NCBI GenBank assembly: GCA_002437945.1
Contig: DJSB01000048.1
Coordinates: 5,114 to 69,113, forward strand
Origin: Christensenella sp. UBA6345
GTDB taxonomy: Bacteria > Bacillota > Clostridia > Christensenellales > UBA1242
Length of the DNA: 64,000 bases
Direction: 5' to 3'
Below, in pieces: positions 32,044 through 47,000 of the stretch. Both the position numbers and the translations under genes were made by a program. Positions within the stretch are counted from its first letter, which is position 1. Every line of letters begins with the position of its first letter. Below the pieces are notes generated by a model. The model was not told the DNA's origin. It saw only the letters and a list, made by a program, of their open reading frames with translations, and did no database searches.

Positions 32044-35000
32044 CTAAATTTTAAAAATCGTACCGCTCCAGTAAGTTGCAGGGAACTTTCCAAAAGTACC
32101 ACCAGCATCATAATTTTGAGTGTCTGATTTATATTCTTTTGCATCAAAATAACTATTACCAAAATCAATACTCATACCTGGATATGCAGTCATCTTTAAT
32201 GCATTATAATAATCACCATATTTATCATGTTTGTAGTATTTATACAAACCATAATAATAGTAATCATCTTTTGCCATTTCTACTTTTTTAGCATACGATG
32301 AATCCCATTTTGATAACTCGCCTAAATATTGCAAAGCGTCAATATTTTTTGATGCGGCATCATTAGTATATTCATTTAAGTCGGAATCAAAACCATTAAT
32401 CTCATTATAAATGCTAGAATCATATTTATAATAATTAACATCACCATACAAAAGTGCTTGAGAAGTTGTATTACCATACAATTTTAGTTTTCTAACACCT
32501 TTTTTAATTTCTCTTGCAACAGTATTAGTATCTCTTTTAAATGCCACATATACTGTTGAACTAGTGATTCGAAGCCTATAAATTCGATATTCATCTATTA
32601 AATTATTAAATTGAGAACTGCTACTTGAGTATGTAGAAGTTACATTTGTACCATATTTAGCACCAGTAATAAATCCAAATAATGGTTTAAATGCATTTTT
32701 ACCTGCAATTTTTGTATTAGACCCCAATTTAGTTTCTATGCCACCATATTCAATTGCAACCGCATTATCAATTTCACTACATTCTAGAATATTACTTGCA
32801 CCTCTACCACCAAGACCAAAGTATGAATTAAAGTCATTATTAGTCCAACCGTGATTTGCATTGGAAATACCCATTCTTAAAGAGTCACCCATATAACCAG
32901 TATCTTGGTCTATATCATCATTACTTAAATAATTAAATGTAGTCGATGCTACGTAACAATTATAAATTGTACCTTGCGTACTTAATCCAGCAATACCACC
33001 AAATAGTCTATCTCCATTAATAGTTGAGCCATTAACTTCTACATTCCTAATAGCACCGGTATTAATACCCGCAACACCGCCAACAGCAGTATTGAAATTA
33101 TTAGTATTTTCCCCTATATTTGCACTAATATAAGATCTTATAGAGCCATACCCTTGAATTGTACCTTTATTAAGTCCAACGACACCACCTAGAACAAAAC
33201 GTCCATTAATCTTAACACTTTTAGCCGAACTACTCCAATTATAATTTCTATCTGTAATAGAAATAATTGTATTTGCTTCGGCTATACCAGCAATACCACC
33301 TACACCATTATCACCTGTAAGTTCAACACCATTTATTGTGCAGTTTTGCATAGTTCCGCCACTTAATAATCCAACAATACCACCAATAGCCGTATCAGCA
33401 TTTAGTAATTTGTCTTTTACGCTATCTAATGTGTTGGAGTTTACTTTTGTTTCACCATTAGCAATAGAATCATATAATAATCTATTAGTATCTGAAATAT
33501 ATTTTGCAGTGATTTTTGTTTGATTACCAACTCTAATTTTTTCTATTTTGCTATTATCTAAACTGTTACCTACCAAACCACCGACATGTCTTTGACCATT
33601 GATAGTAACATCATTGATGTTATAGAAAATACCATCACCAATAATATTTCCATTTTTCATCTTACCAACCATACCGCCGACATCTTCACTACCTGTAATA
33701 GTAGAATCTCTAACAATAGAGTAATTGATGTCTTTATTGTTTACACCTACTATTCCACCTACATTATTAGTATTTTTAGTTTCAATAGTAACGTTATCAA
33801 CTATAACATTATTGATTATTCCATTATTTTGACCTGCTAAAGCACCTGTTTGTACATTGTTGGTATCAAATTTTAATACAAAATCGTAAAGTTTTAAGTT
33901 AGATACTGTAGAAGCAGATTCAATAATTGCAAACAAACCTACACTAGCATTTTGGTTAGCACTAGTAATAGATAAATTTCTAATAATATGGTTCAAACCA
34001 TTAAAGTTTTTCTTTAATGCAAAGTATGAATTGTAGTTTTTAGTTGTATTGTTTATTTCTCCATTGAAATTGATTTTACTCATATCAATGTTAGTTAACA
34101 ATATAAATCCTTTAAATGATGAATTATCTTGATACGACGATAAAGCATTTAATTGTCCAGCATGAATAATTGGGAAATATCTCTTTTCAACTTCTACACC
34201 ACTTAATTGTGACAAAATAGGAGAATAATCAGATCCATCAAAGTTAAGTAAAGTAATTACTTTATCTGCAGAATTAATAGTTGCATAACCAAAGTTATAG
34301 AACTCATCTTCATTAGAATTAACATCATATTTCCAACTACTTGGTACAAATGTGGTAGCCAAAGCATATTTAAAGAATGTTCTAACAGAATCCGATGATT
34401 CTAACATAGTTTGTGTTTTAACAAATCTAATACCTGCACCATCATTAGAAGTTTTTACATCTTTTGAATCTAAATAGTCAACCTTATCGTTCTTAATACT
34501 CATGGCTTCGCCATCATAATAACATTTACGTATAGTGCCATCATTATTAGAAGCGAATACCGAACCCACATTAGCATTAATCTTACCAGCATAATAAGAT
34601 GTCTCGATAACACCTTGGTTATCAACTACAAAACCTGAAATAATATTAGCATTTCTTAAGAAAACTAAATCGCTTGAACTATTGATAATACTCATAGTTG
34701 AATAACAATCTTTTATAAATCCATCTGCAAAGTTGTTATTAACAAATCCACTTAATTGATTATTACCGCCAGAAGCAAAATTAACACTATTTGCTACTAT
34801 AAGTATAGTACTACCGCTTTGTACGATATTACCATGGTTGTTATATACGAATGCTGAAACTGAATCACTAAATGTTACAGAAGTTGTATTAATAATGTTG
34901 TATGTAATACAGTTAACTATATTGCCATAGTTATTCTCTATTATCGCATATTTATTATTTGAATTAGTGTAATCAAACAATACTTTGATATTAGAGATAA

Positions 35001-38000
35001 ATCCATAGTTAGTAGATAGATTATCTAATTTAACAGTAGGAAGATTATTTCTATTATTAGTAGTAATTAATCCATTAAATGAACCATCAGAATCAATCTT
35101 AATAGTCTTTTCGTTAATTACATCGTTATTAAAGATATAGAAGTAATTAGGATTTAATATATAAGTATTAATATTAGATTTAGCAGTATTGAAATATATA
35201 GGATTTAGTTTAGAACCAACGCCTACACTACCATATTCATTATTATTACTTTCATTATTGTCATTACCGTTAGTTTCAATCAAATCATAAATCACTTTAT
35301 TTATATCGATCTCTTCAACTTCACTATTGTTATCATTTTTAAATACAGTAGGCAAATTAGTACTATATTTTGAACCATCTGATTTTGATTTAGTAGCAAA
35401 TTGCACATCTAATGTTCCACTATCACAAACAAAGTATTTAGATAGTTTCTTATTAAGAACAGGTACTAATTGTGCATAAGGTATTCCACCAGATTGGGTC
35501 GTAGTATCGTTGTTTGCGATTACTACAGCACCATTAGATTGCGCACTATTGTTAGTAAAGTTAGAGTAAGGCATAAATTCTAGGACAAAATATACATTAC
35601 GTGCTTGTGTATTAGCATAAGCAATACCATTAATACCCTTATTATCTTGGTTTTTAACACCCAACTGTACTGTTTTGTCTGTAGTATACAATAGTCTTGC
35701 TAAAGTATAACCACCTTCATAATTACTACCATCTCCTTCCATTTTACCAGCGACACCACCTACCAATCTATTCTGATCAGCACTAGGTTTAGCATCTACA
35801 TACTCTTTTGCACCAGTTTTCATAGCAATAATATTTATATCAGCAAAGTTGATGAATTTAGTTAATATTAATGAATTTTGACTTGAATTTGTTTCGGAAG
35901 TACCCATAATTCCACCAATATTATATGATGATGGGTCACTTTCTTTTAATTGTATTTCTCCAACATTATAAATGGCTTCATACTTACCACCCATAGCACG
36001 GCCTACAATACCACCTATATATTTATTGGATTTTTTATTGTTATCAATATTAATTGCACCGATATTATATACTTTAAACAAACCACTTGAATCAGAATTG
36101 TTAGTTAGTTGTCCTACAACGCCGCCCACAATGATATTAGATAAACTACTTTCATTGACTGTATCACTATTGTAAGTAACCTTAATAGGTAATGCGTTAG
36201 AAGAAACTAATTTACTATTTCTATTGCCACCTATAATTGTATTAATACCACTACCAACAATACCACCTATGGTATAAGTATTGGCTTTATCTCCGATGTT
36301 TTTAATATTTACTTTCATTGAAGTTGTGGTACTTATTATAGAACGATTGGTTTCTACTACTTTATTATTATCTTTAGTAGTTTCTTCGTTATATACATAT
36401 TCATTAACATTAATATCTTGTAGGTTACTGTTAATTGCACGTCCAACTGCGCCACCTATATTAGCACTATAATTTTCACTAACAGTTGTAGAACCAAATT
36501 CAATATTACCACCAACATATACAGTAGATAATTGGCTATTATTCATATTACCAATCATACCGCCATAATTAATACTTGCAGAAGTATTGGCAGATGCATT
36601 GCTATAAACAACAATAATATTGTTAATATCTTGTTTATTTAATTGTTCAACATTAATATTTTCAATTGTAGAACCAGAAGTACTACCAAACAATGAACCA
36701 ATATTAATTTCTGTATTTATTGTATCACTAACAACAATCTTTTTATTATTGCCAGTATTAGCCACAATGTTTATTCCATTACCAGTAGTACGTATAGACT
36801 CACCTACAAATCCACCAATATTAAGTTTGGCAATATTAGAAGATATTGAACCTGTAGTCTTATTATTAAGAATAATATTACCAGCAAGATCAGTGGTATC
36901 CAAAACAACATTGTTAATAGATGTATCAACACTTCTTCCGAATGCTAATCCCATACTCATCAAATTAATTTTATGAGATATTGTATTATCACCTTTATTA
37001 ATAATCTTTATTGTAGAATTGTTAAACGAACATGTATCTACAATATTAGCAATAAATCCATAATAATCTACAGTATCTATTTCAAGATCTTCTTCTATAG
37101 TTATCTCAAAATCAATATTACTAAATGAAGCATTCTTTAATGATTTAAATATACTACTATCAAAAGTATTTACTTTGAATTTAAGAGTACTATTCTTATT
37201 ATCTTTTTGAATACCAATCATAGTACCTTCAAATGGTTTAACTAATTGGCTAGATATATTGATAGTATTATTATTTGCACCATCTATTAAGAAGAATTGG
37301 TTACGAGTTGAAGTTTGTTTAATTATTTTTTCATCATACTCACCATCTGTAGTTATAGTTACAAAGTTAGAGAATATACCAATAATGTATTCTGGGAAAT
37401 CTTCATTTATACGCCAAATCTTACTACCAGAAGCAGGATCTACTTTGTCTAAAGTTAAAGTATCCCAAATATACATATTAAATAATGATTTATTAGAATT
37501 TTTACCTAGTATTGTAGATAATTTTAATTGATCACCTACATATGTACTAGCATTCCTTAACTTTGCATCATAATATGGCGTGTAATTATCAACAGTTGTT
37601 TCTAGAGTCTGTCCATCAAAACTTGGAGTATAGTAGTGATTAGAATCATTAGTATCATCATAATTTACAATTGCTTTCTTATCATGTGAATCATAACCGA
37701 CATAATAAATATTGTTCTTTAATATATTAGCATCATTGAATGTAGTAGAAATAACTGTACTAAAGTTAAATTTAACATTAGAAGGTTTATTGTAGTCTTT
37801 AAAAGCAGACTCTGATAATCCAATTAATTGTGTCCTACGTCCAAGAGTTACTGCACCCTTTCCTTCAAATTTAACACCATTATCATCATATTCACCTGAT
37901 ACATAGTTAGTGCCATCTTGTTGTTTGTTTACATAGCCAATCAATGAACCTGCGTAAGCCTTAATGGTATCAGAAGATGAATATGTAATATCCATATCAG

Positions 38001-41000
38001 TAGCACCAGTTTTTAAAGTATTACCTATTTCTGGGAAAGTTACTTTAAATGACTGATCTGATAGTTTACCACTTAATGATTGCCACAAGTTATTGCTTAC
38101 TATGCTCTTAACATCACTTGTCCATTGGTTAAGTGCAAAAGCATAGTCTAATTGTAAAAGTCCATCTTGAGTGTATAGGTTATCATTAGTGATTCCTTTA
38201 TTATATAAACCTATTAAACCACCAATATAACTAGAAGCATAAACACTTGCTGTAGTATACACATGACCGAAGAAGTTAGCCCCTGCAGATACACCTACTA
38301 TGCCACCTGCAGATTTTGCTCTAGCATTAATTACATTAACTCTAGAATAACTATCAACGATTATACTACCTACAAAAGTACCTGAATTGATTTCATAGTA
38401 AGTTAATTTATCGCCAGTCAATATTGGCATTACACCACTATATCCAGCAATACCACCAATACCAGTAGCAATTGTATCGCCGAATAAATTATCTTTTTCG
38501 CCCGTAGCCTTTTTACCAGTATTAAAGTTGCTATCAACTTCTTTTTGAATCTCGGAAATATATTCAACATACACTTGTTCAAGCATACCATAGTTTTCAC
38601 CAACTATACCACCTGCATAGTTGTATCCCCTAATTTCTTGAACAAATGCTGGGTCAGATACTTCGCCATCGCCCAATATTTCGCCAATTAAATATTTACT
38701 ACTCTTTATATGGGTATTTTCATCTACCAAGCCAAATAATCCACCCGCATGATCAGCAGCGATATATCCACCATTTTGAACTGTTAAACGATATATCTTA
38801 CTTTCACTTGGTTTTGTTTGGCTCTTCCTAATATTTTCAGTCGCTGAATTATTATCATCTATGACTCTATAAGTAGTATCAGTATTTGATAATAAAGTAC
38901 TAGGCATATTAGAACGGTTGTTACCATTAATAATACCTGCGATAGAACCAGCATAAGACATTTTTCTTAAATTAGCCACTGTATTAGTTTTATCTAGAGC
39001 ATAAGAATTATAGTAAATATAGTTATTATCACCATTTTTAAGAATAGCATCTGTATCCAATGTGGTTACATCAGTTACATTACCTGTAGAACTACTAAAT
39101 GTAGCAACAACACTTACATTATCAGTAGTAATATCAACTATATTGTTGGAGTTATCTGTATTTATAATTAAACCAGCAAGTCCACCAACAATATTTTGTC
39201 CTCTGACATAAACACCACTTTCTCCACTTAATTTAATGTTAATTAAAGCAGTGTCATATATAGAACCAGCCAAAGTACCAACTTTTACTGCTTGTGCAGA
39301 GTCAACACCAGTTATTTCTATATTAATATTCATAATTGATGTTTTTACAGTTGTATTAGTTGCACTATTTTTAGTTAATTCATTCTTTTGGTCTGAAGTT
39401 AAACCAATTTGGTTAAACAATCCATAGTTTTCATGAATTGTAGATTGATTTTGGTCAACCAATCTTAATCCAGATATAGTCATACCATTACCATCTAATC
39501 TTCCTGCAAATACTATATCATTAATATGTTTACCATCAACAACAAGGTTGTTAAGAATAATTTGACTGAAATCCAAATTGTTAATAATTCTTACATAGTG
39601 TGGCATATTAGCAGACACTGAAGAACTTTGACTATTGGATTCACTTGTAATACCGAATACATAAGCACTAGTATTATTACCCAAGTTAACTCTTCTAGAA
39701 TTGTTAATTATAAATGTAACAAACTCTGTAGCATTATTAACAAGCAATGGGTTAATATCAGAACCATAGTACTCGTTGTTATCATATTCATAATCATATC
39801 TAGCCTGATTAGTATCAGCATCAACTACTGTGTCAACCAATACTCTATGTGAGAAAGTATCTACAGATGAAGCAGAAACTAGTCTTGGTCCATAGTTAAA
39901 GTTGTCATTATCTATTAACCATACATTATTAACATCTTGTCCTGCAGCAAAATTAAATCCGTTAAATGAGCCAGTGTCTCTAAATGGATTGTTATTATTA
40001 GCAGATTCGGCAGTAGATGCCTTACCAGATAGTCCTATTGCAGGTTCAAGTTCATTAGCAACTTCACCTTCATATACCAAGTAGAAACATGATAGATATG
40101 TGCCATTGTTGTTGTATTCACTGTCATCATCAATACCTGTAAATGCACCGTGAGCCCAACTATTATTAGAATTTTTAGCAGTAGAATATGCATTAGTGAT
40201 ACTACCATCATTATTATATACGAATCCACCACTACCACCGCTATTGGTTGTAATATAGATGTTAGAGTATGCATTACTGATTTTTCCGCTATTTTGATAT
40301 ACAAATCCACCAATAAAGCCTTTACCTTCTAACGATACTTCTTGTGAAGCCCTATAATTTTCAACTCTAATACCTTCTACCATACTATTAAATATGTTAC
40401 CAGATTCGGAGTTGTCTACTACAAAGCCCGCAGTATTAGTACCTTCAAATATTACGCCAGTGTTAATTACACCAACACCTAATGCATAGCAGTTAGCCAC
40501 GATACCATTATTGGTATTAACGAATGCACTAATATTCTTACCACCTATTAATGTAAATGGATAAGTGGTTAAAGTAGTATATTTTTCTTTTACATTACTA
40601 TGACGTTCTTCACTAGTACCAATATCGTCATAATTAACAGCGTTTAGTCCTACATATGAGTTAGAGATAGTACCATTATTAATACCTACCAATCCACCAA
40701 CTCTAGCATCTACTAAACTACCATCTATATAACCTGTTGTGCTTGCAATTAATAAGTTATTACCATCAATACGACTAGAACCATTAGTCGAAACACTCTT
40801 GGTACTAATTATTTTAGCATTAGTAATTGAACCATTATTTTCACCAGCAAGTATACCAAAGGTAAATGATGTTACACCCATTAAATCAATATCTGGTGTA
40901 GATGCTTCTGGATCTTGACGCAACATTGCTCTTGCTTGTGAAGATTTAATCAACATATCAGATATGTCAATTGTAATATTTTTTATAACTGTATTTTCCG

Positions 41001-44000
41001 ATACTGTTTCAAACAAACCAATATTAGTTACATTGCCTGCTTTATACTTATCGGTATTAAAGCCCTTAATAGTAATGTAATGTCCATTACCATCTAACGA
41101 ACTAAAGTTAGCACTGAATGGGTAGTAATTATCAAGAACAATATCATTAACCAAGATATAGTGTCCTTCGGTTACCGCACCTATTTCATTGTTAGTTCCA
41201 TCAGTATTTAATCCACCCAAAGCCATAAATTCTTCTACAGTTTCTATTGGATTAGGGTGATCATAAGTAGAGTTATCTTTAATAACTAATACAAAATCAA
41301 ATGTTAACTCATAAATGTCATATCCATAATTTATATTTGTATATAAACTAGGAACACCTTTGTTATCGTAATAATACTTTAATCTATAACTGATTACATC
41401 AGTATTACTTACTTTTTTAGTTTTTATTGCAAAATAATGGGTATTATTAAAGTCTGACATTGTCAAACTAGCAAACTGGAAGTTGGTATAAGTTGTGTTT
41501 CTAAACATAGACTCATACTCGTTATTGCTATTTAATCTCCACCAGTTGTTAATATAATCCCCACTACCATATGGTATAGTAATACCACTTGCTTCGTTTT
41601 CAAATGCACCTATCAAAGTATTAGCATAGGTGTTTTTACTGTCTTTTACAGTATCCAATATAACTTTTAATGGGTGAGTTGTACCGCTTAATGCTTCGTA
41701 CTCATATCTACCATCAATATAAGTTGTACCTTCAACTCTTATGCCAGTAATTAAATATTCAACAATATATAATTTTATCGAACTTGTAACATTCTCTAAT
41801 ATATTATTTATTGTTTTTGATGCTGTTGCATTTACAATTACTGTATCACCTGCAGTAGCACCTACATTAATATTTAAGTACCATTTGCCAGTAGTTACAT
41901 CTTTATAAACTTCAACATTTTTAGCATCATTATTTGCTGTGCTAGCAGATAATACAATGTCACCTTCAAAGTTAACTGCATTTACTTCAAGTTCGACTGT
42001 ACTACCCTTTGCAACAATACCTTCACTCTTACCATCAACTGTTATCGATACACTTGGTAGTGGTTGAGCCTTTAGAGTAATAATATCGCTTCTTATCTCT
42101 GTTTCTTCCTTACGGCCAGTAACAGGGTTTGTATATGTCTTATATGAAGTAGCCCTAAATGTAATTGGTTGATTTTCTTGAACATTGCTATTCAAAGTAA
42201 CCAATACATAATACCAGTTATTATAGTAAATTTGTGAACCATCAATAATCATACTTTGGTTCTTTAATTTAAGTCCTTTAAATCCTGGTAAATATTCTGG
42301 TTGTTCAATTATTGTTTGATAACCAGTAATATAGTTAGTTTCATTACCTGAAACCACTGCCAACTGTTGAGCAAATGCAACCATTGGCCCCATATCATCA
42401 TCTACTGTTAGAGTAATATAGTCTGCATTACTAAAGTTAGGAGTAAGTTCAAGTTTAAGTAATCCAGATCTAGCAGGAACAATATATTCAGATTTTTCTT
42501 CTTGTGGATAAAAACCACCTTCCATTGTTTCTGCACTAGCATAGTATGACATTTTAACTTCATTTACATTACGTGGGATAATCTTTATATCAAATGTAGA
42601 TAGAAGATCTGTATTACTATATGGATAAAATTCAATACGATAATTAACATCGTTAAGGTTGTAAGTAACCCCACCTGTACGATTACGATATTTTTCAGCG
42701 TTAAATGAAATTCTAATCTTTTGAATTAATTTAACTTTCAATACATTATCAGTTTCTTCTATTTTCTCTTCAAGTAATTCTATATTAAGTAAACTATTAT
42801 TAGTACCAGTACCGGTCATATCAAGAGTAAATGAACCATTAGATCTGTTAGTAATAGTATCAATAACTCTAGCATATACCACTTCGTCTACTTCGTAAGA
42901 CTCTCCTATTTTTGTAAAACTACTTGTTATTGTAGTAATAGTTAAATCCAAAGTAGATACTGGGTCTAGATTAGCAAATGCTTTATCTATAGTAATACTT
43001 TCAGCACGTGGAATAATGTTAAATTTATAGAATTTCTTTAATTTTTCTAGAACTATACAATTATTAATTTTCTTACCACTAGAAGCAGTTTCGGTAAGTG
43101 TTGTACCGAATCCAGCATCTTCACTCTTTATAAATGGTGTGATAGAGAATTCGAATATACCATTATAGTTGCCTCTAAAGTTAAATTCGCCAAAACTGTT
43201 ATATAGGTAAGTTACACCTTTTTCAAGTTGAACATTATTAACTAAAGCCTGACCTTCGCCTTCGTCTGATACTTCTAATATAAAACCAACAGAAGTATTC
43301 TTAACATAAGTATTGTTAAAATCAATTAAATCTGCACTATCTTCATTAATTGTGTCAGTCCAATACTGATATGTAGTGTCAATAATATGAGATATTGCAC
43401 TTTCATCAGATGGCTTTTCGTTATAACTAATTACTTTATTCTCATTAACTGATAAGTTTTTGGATTGATATAAGTTAAAGTCACTTATACCCGACACAAC
43501 CAAGATATTAATACTCTTGGTAATAGATGAATCAAGTTTGCTAGAAACTTTTAATACTGTAGTACCAGTACCCACTGTTCTAATAGTATTAGAGTTAACA
43601 ATCTCCAACACACTACGATTAGAACTTGTTATATTGATACCTTTATCATATATTGCAGATAAACCATATTTAGAAATATCAGCAATATCCAAATCAAAAC
43701 TAATAGGAACTAATGGATAGATATAAGAGTCAATAGTAGTTAAACCAGCATCGTCAACTGACATATTATACAAATCACTATCGGTATATGAAGTAACTAA
43801 TCTGTATTTATTTAAGTTGCCATATACTCTATTAGTATTGGTTGTTAATTCATTGTAGAATAGTACTAAATTTTCGCCATCTTTAACGAATGACAAGTTA
43901 TTAAATGCTAATGCCTTATATTTTTCATCAAGAATATTAATTGTAATATTGGTTGGCAAAATCTTAAATAACAATTTAGTATGACTATCAACATCAAATA

Positions 44001-47000
44001 GTACAGGTAAATTATTATTAATACCTTCACAAATAATCCAAGGTTGAGTGTAGTCTTGTTTAGTAGAACCATCTTCATTTTTAGTTGTATCATCAGTAGC
44101 AATATCTACTTTAAATGTTCTATTTTCACGATTATAGATACTTTGGTCTTTTAATGAAGCATAATTATATTGTAAATCACTAGATGTATAAACTGTTTTG
44201 TCTTCTACTTCTTGTTGTGTACCATCAACTATAGTTGTAATTATTTTTATAGTAACTTTTCCTTCGCTTACAATATCAAATAATTTATAACTATTACCAT
44301 TATTAACATTTTGGTCTATTATTGTGCCATAATTGTTAATTTGAGTATAAACATTTTCTAATTCAACGTTTTTACCATAAGTAGTATTAATTGAATTAGT
44401 AGTTTTTACTGTATATATTTTTGTTTTGTCAGTATTTCCGCCACCTTCACTAGGTGTATTACCTTCACCTGTGTTTCCGTCATCATTGTATACTTCTTTT
44501 TCTGTTAAAGTAGTTAAAGTCATAGTATCGTTGCCGATTATATGGCTAAAGTTGTCTACTACAGAGAAAGTAACTATAGTTTTTAAATATTTCTCATCTG
44601 GATTTTCTTCATCAACATATTCTTCAAATACATATTCAATTTCTACTTTAATAACTTCACAACCATTTTCTTTAATAAAGTTGTTAAGGTTAATTTGAGT
44701 ATCTGTTCCTGTATTTTCAATCCTTCTAGTAAAGTCACCATTCATAACGGTGTCACCTACTGTATTGGTTAAAAGTGTACCAATTACGTAGTAAGTTACT
44801 TTACCTTCATGATATCTTGAATAATCAGGGTTATTATCACTAGAGATATTCTTAAATCCAATAGAGTCTTGTGGAACATAATTAATCAAGGAGTAAGTAG
44901 GAACTGAATATCTAGCAATATTACCATACACATAAGAGTCTTTAATATTAAGTGCTTTAATACTTGTGCTTGGTGTGTTGTTAGAATTGTATGAAGTAAT
45001 GTCTCCTGATTTATTTTTAAGTACATTACCTACTAATCCACCTACATATACATCATTAGAAAGTTGAGTATATCCTGCATTAATATCTGCATTAAAGTAT
45101 GAATTACGAATATTAGATGATGATGTAAAAGTAGATATTTGGTTAATGAAAGAGTAAACAGCATTATTTACGCCAAGTTGTTTTTCAAATCCGTTAGAAT
45201 CAACTCCATTAACTTTTGAATTAATTTCTTCATTAATACCACGAGAATCTAAAGTACCAATTAAACCACCTATAGATTTAACGGCTTCGTTGCTTTCAAA
45301 CAATAGCATATTACCATAATAAGTAGAGTTATCAATACTTTGTCCATTGAAATATGCTCTTACGTAACTATATGCAATATTAACATCAATACCATAACCG
45401 ACCATACCACCTACATTAGTAGCACCTACTATAGTAGCAGTATCTATACCAGTCTGTCCTTGATTAGCAAATTCAACCAAAGTTGACATAATGTGAGATG
45501 CATTAGCAAAACCAAACACACCACCAATATTTTTATAGCCATACAATTTAACTGGTAACACTTCTATATTATCAGCAAGAGTACTATCAGAATAACCAAC
45601 TACACCACCGATATTAGCAGGTAATGCATTATTGTCATTTGTAATACTTGTAATATTGGCTACAACATTAAGATTGTACAAAGATTTAAACATTTCTGAA
45701 GCATACTGCATTGCAGTTATTCCAGTACCTAATTCCCTAGTGTCAGGAACTGGATCACTATTAGACAATGTTAAGTTGTAATTATCTTTTGAACCAAGAA
45801 TACCTTTTATATATACTACATTACCATTTCCATCAAATGAACGTGTAGGATATTTATACTCTGTATATGTACGGAATGTACCGCTTACACCACCTAAATT
45901 AATATTAGGAAGTTCTTGTGTATTTTCTAATAGAGAATCGAGTTTAGATGTCCCTTTAAATACAATAGCGACATTAGAATTATAACTGTTATTGGTAAAA
46001 TCTGAATTACTATCTTTTCCAGTGATAATACCAGTTATTTTTGATTTACTATCATATGAATTACTTTCGCCATCAGCAACTTGAATAATATCTTCATCAA
46101 TTGATAATACAGAAACTGTTTTACCAGTTAAGCCACCAACGTTAACATTGCTAATATCAGAAACAACATTAATTGAACCAGTAACAAAATTATTGTTAAT
46201 TTTACCCTTATTAATACCGGCTATTGAACCTATACTAATCATGTCATTAAAGTTGTTACTTGAAGTTAAAACAAAATCATACTGAATATCATTTAATATT
46301 AAGTTTTCAATTTCTGCAGTTTCGGTTAATTGGCTAAATAATCCATAACCATATTCTGGATTTTTGTATTGGCTAGTTAAATTATCACAGTTAACATTCT
46401 CTTCAATAGTTAAATTTTGAATAGAATGTTGTTGACTATAATATATACCACCAATATTGTAAGTAAATTCACCATTAATACCACCAGCAAATGTGCCAAA
46501 TGGTCTTATCTTTTCTCCCGCCATAGTAAATGATTGAGTTAACATATAATAATATTTATTGTTACCACTTGCTATGTCTTCTGCTATACCCAAGAATCCT
46601 TGTGGGTCGCTTATTTCAAATGGATACTCTTTAGAACCATCTGCTACACGTATAGAAATTTCTAGGTATTTAGATGGAGAATCTTTATTTGTGCTTCTAT
46701 CGTAATAGTAACTATCTTCTGCACTAATACGTATATATGTACGTCCAGCACGTAAACTTGGTGCAATAACAATTTGATTACCGATAATACGATTATCACT
46801 GTCTACACCTTTAATTATTCTTGCTACACCATCATCTTCGATTTCTGCAATCAAAGTTTTGTTGTATGCATCTTGTGGTAAAACATTAAATGTGATAGTT
46901 TTACCAACATTATTTTCATTAATCAATCTAGTATCAAAATACAATCCGCTTTCGCCTACACTAGGTATAATCTTTTCTACGGCTTGTGCTTTTTTAATAG

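Noticed and set aside
31968-32168. 66-aa ORF overlapping the 3' end and terminator of giant gene 2
   Set aside because: It is out of frame with, and overlaps, the strongly supported giant CDS, and it runs through the terminator hairpin. There is no SD.
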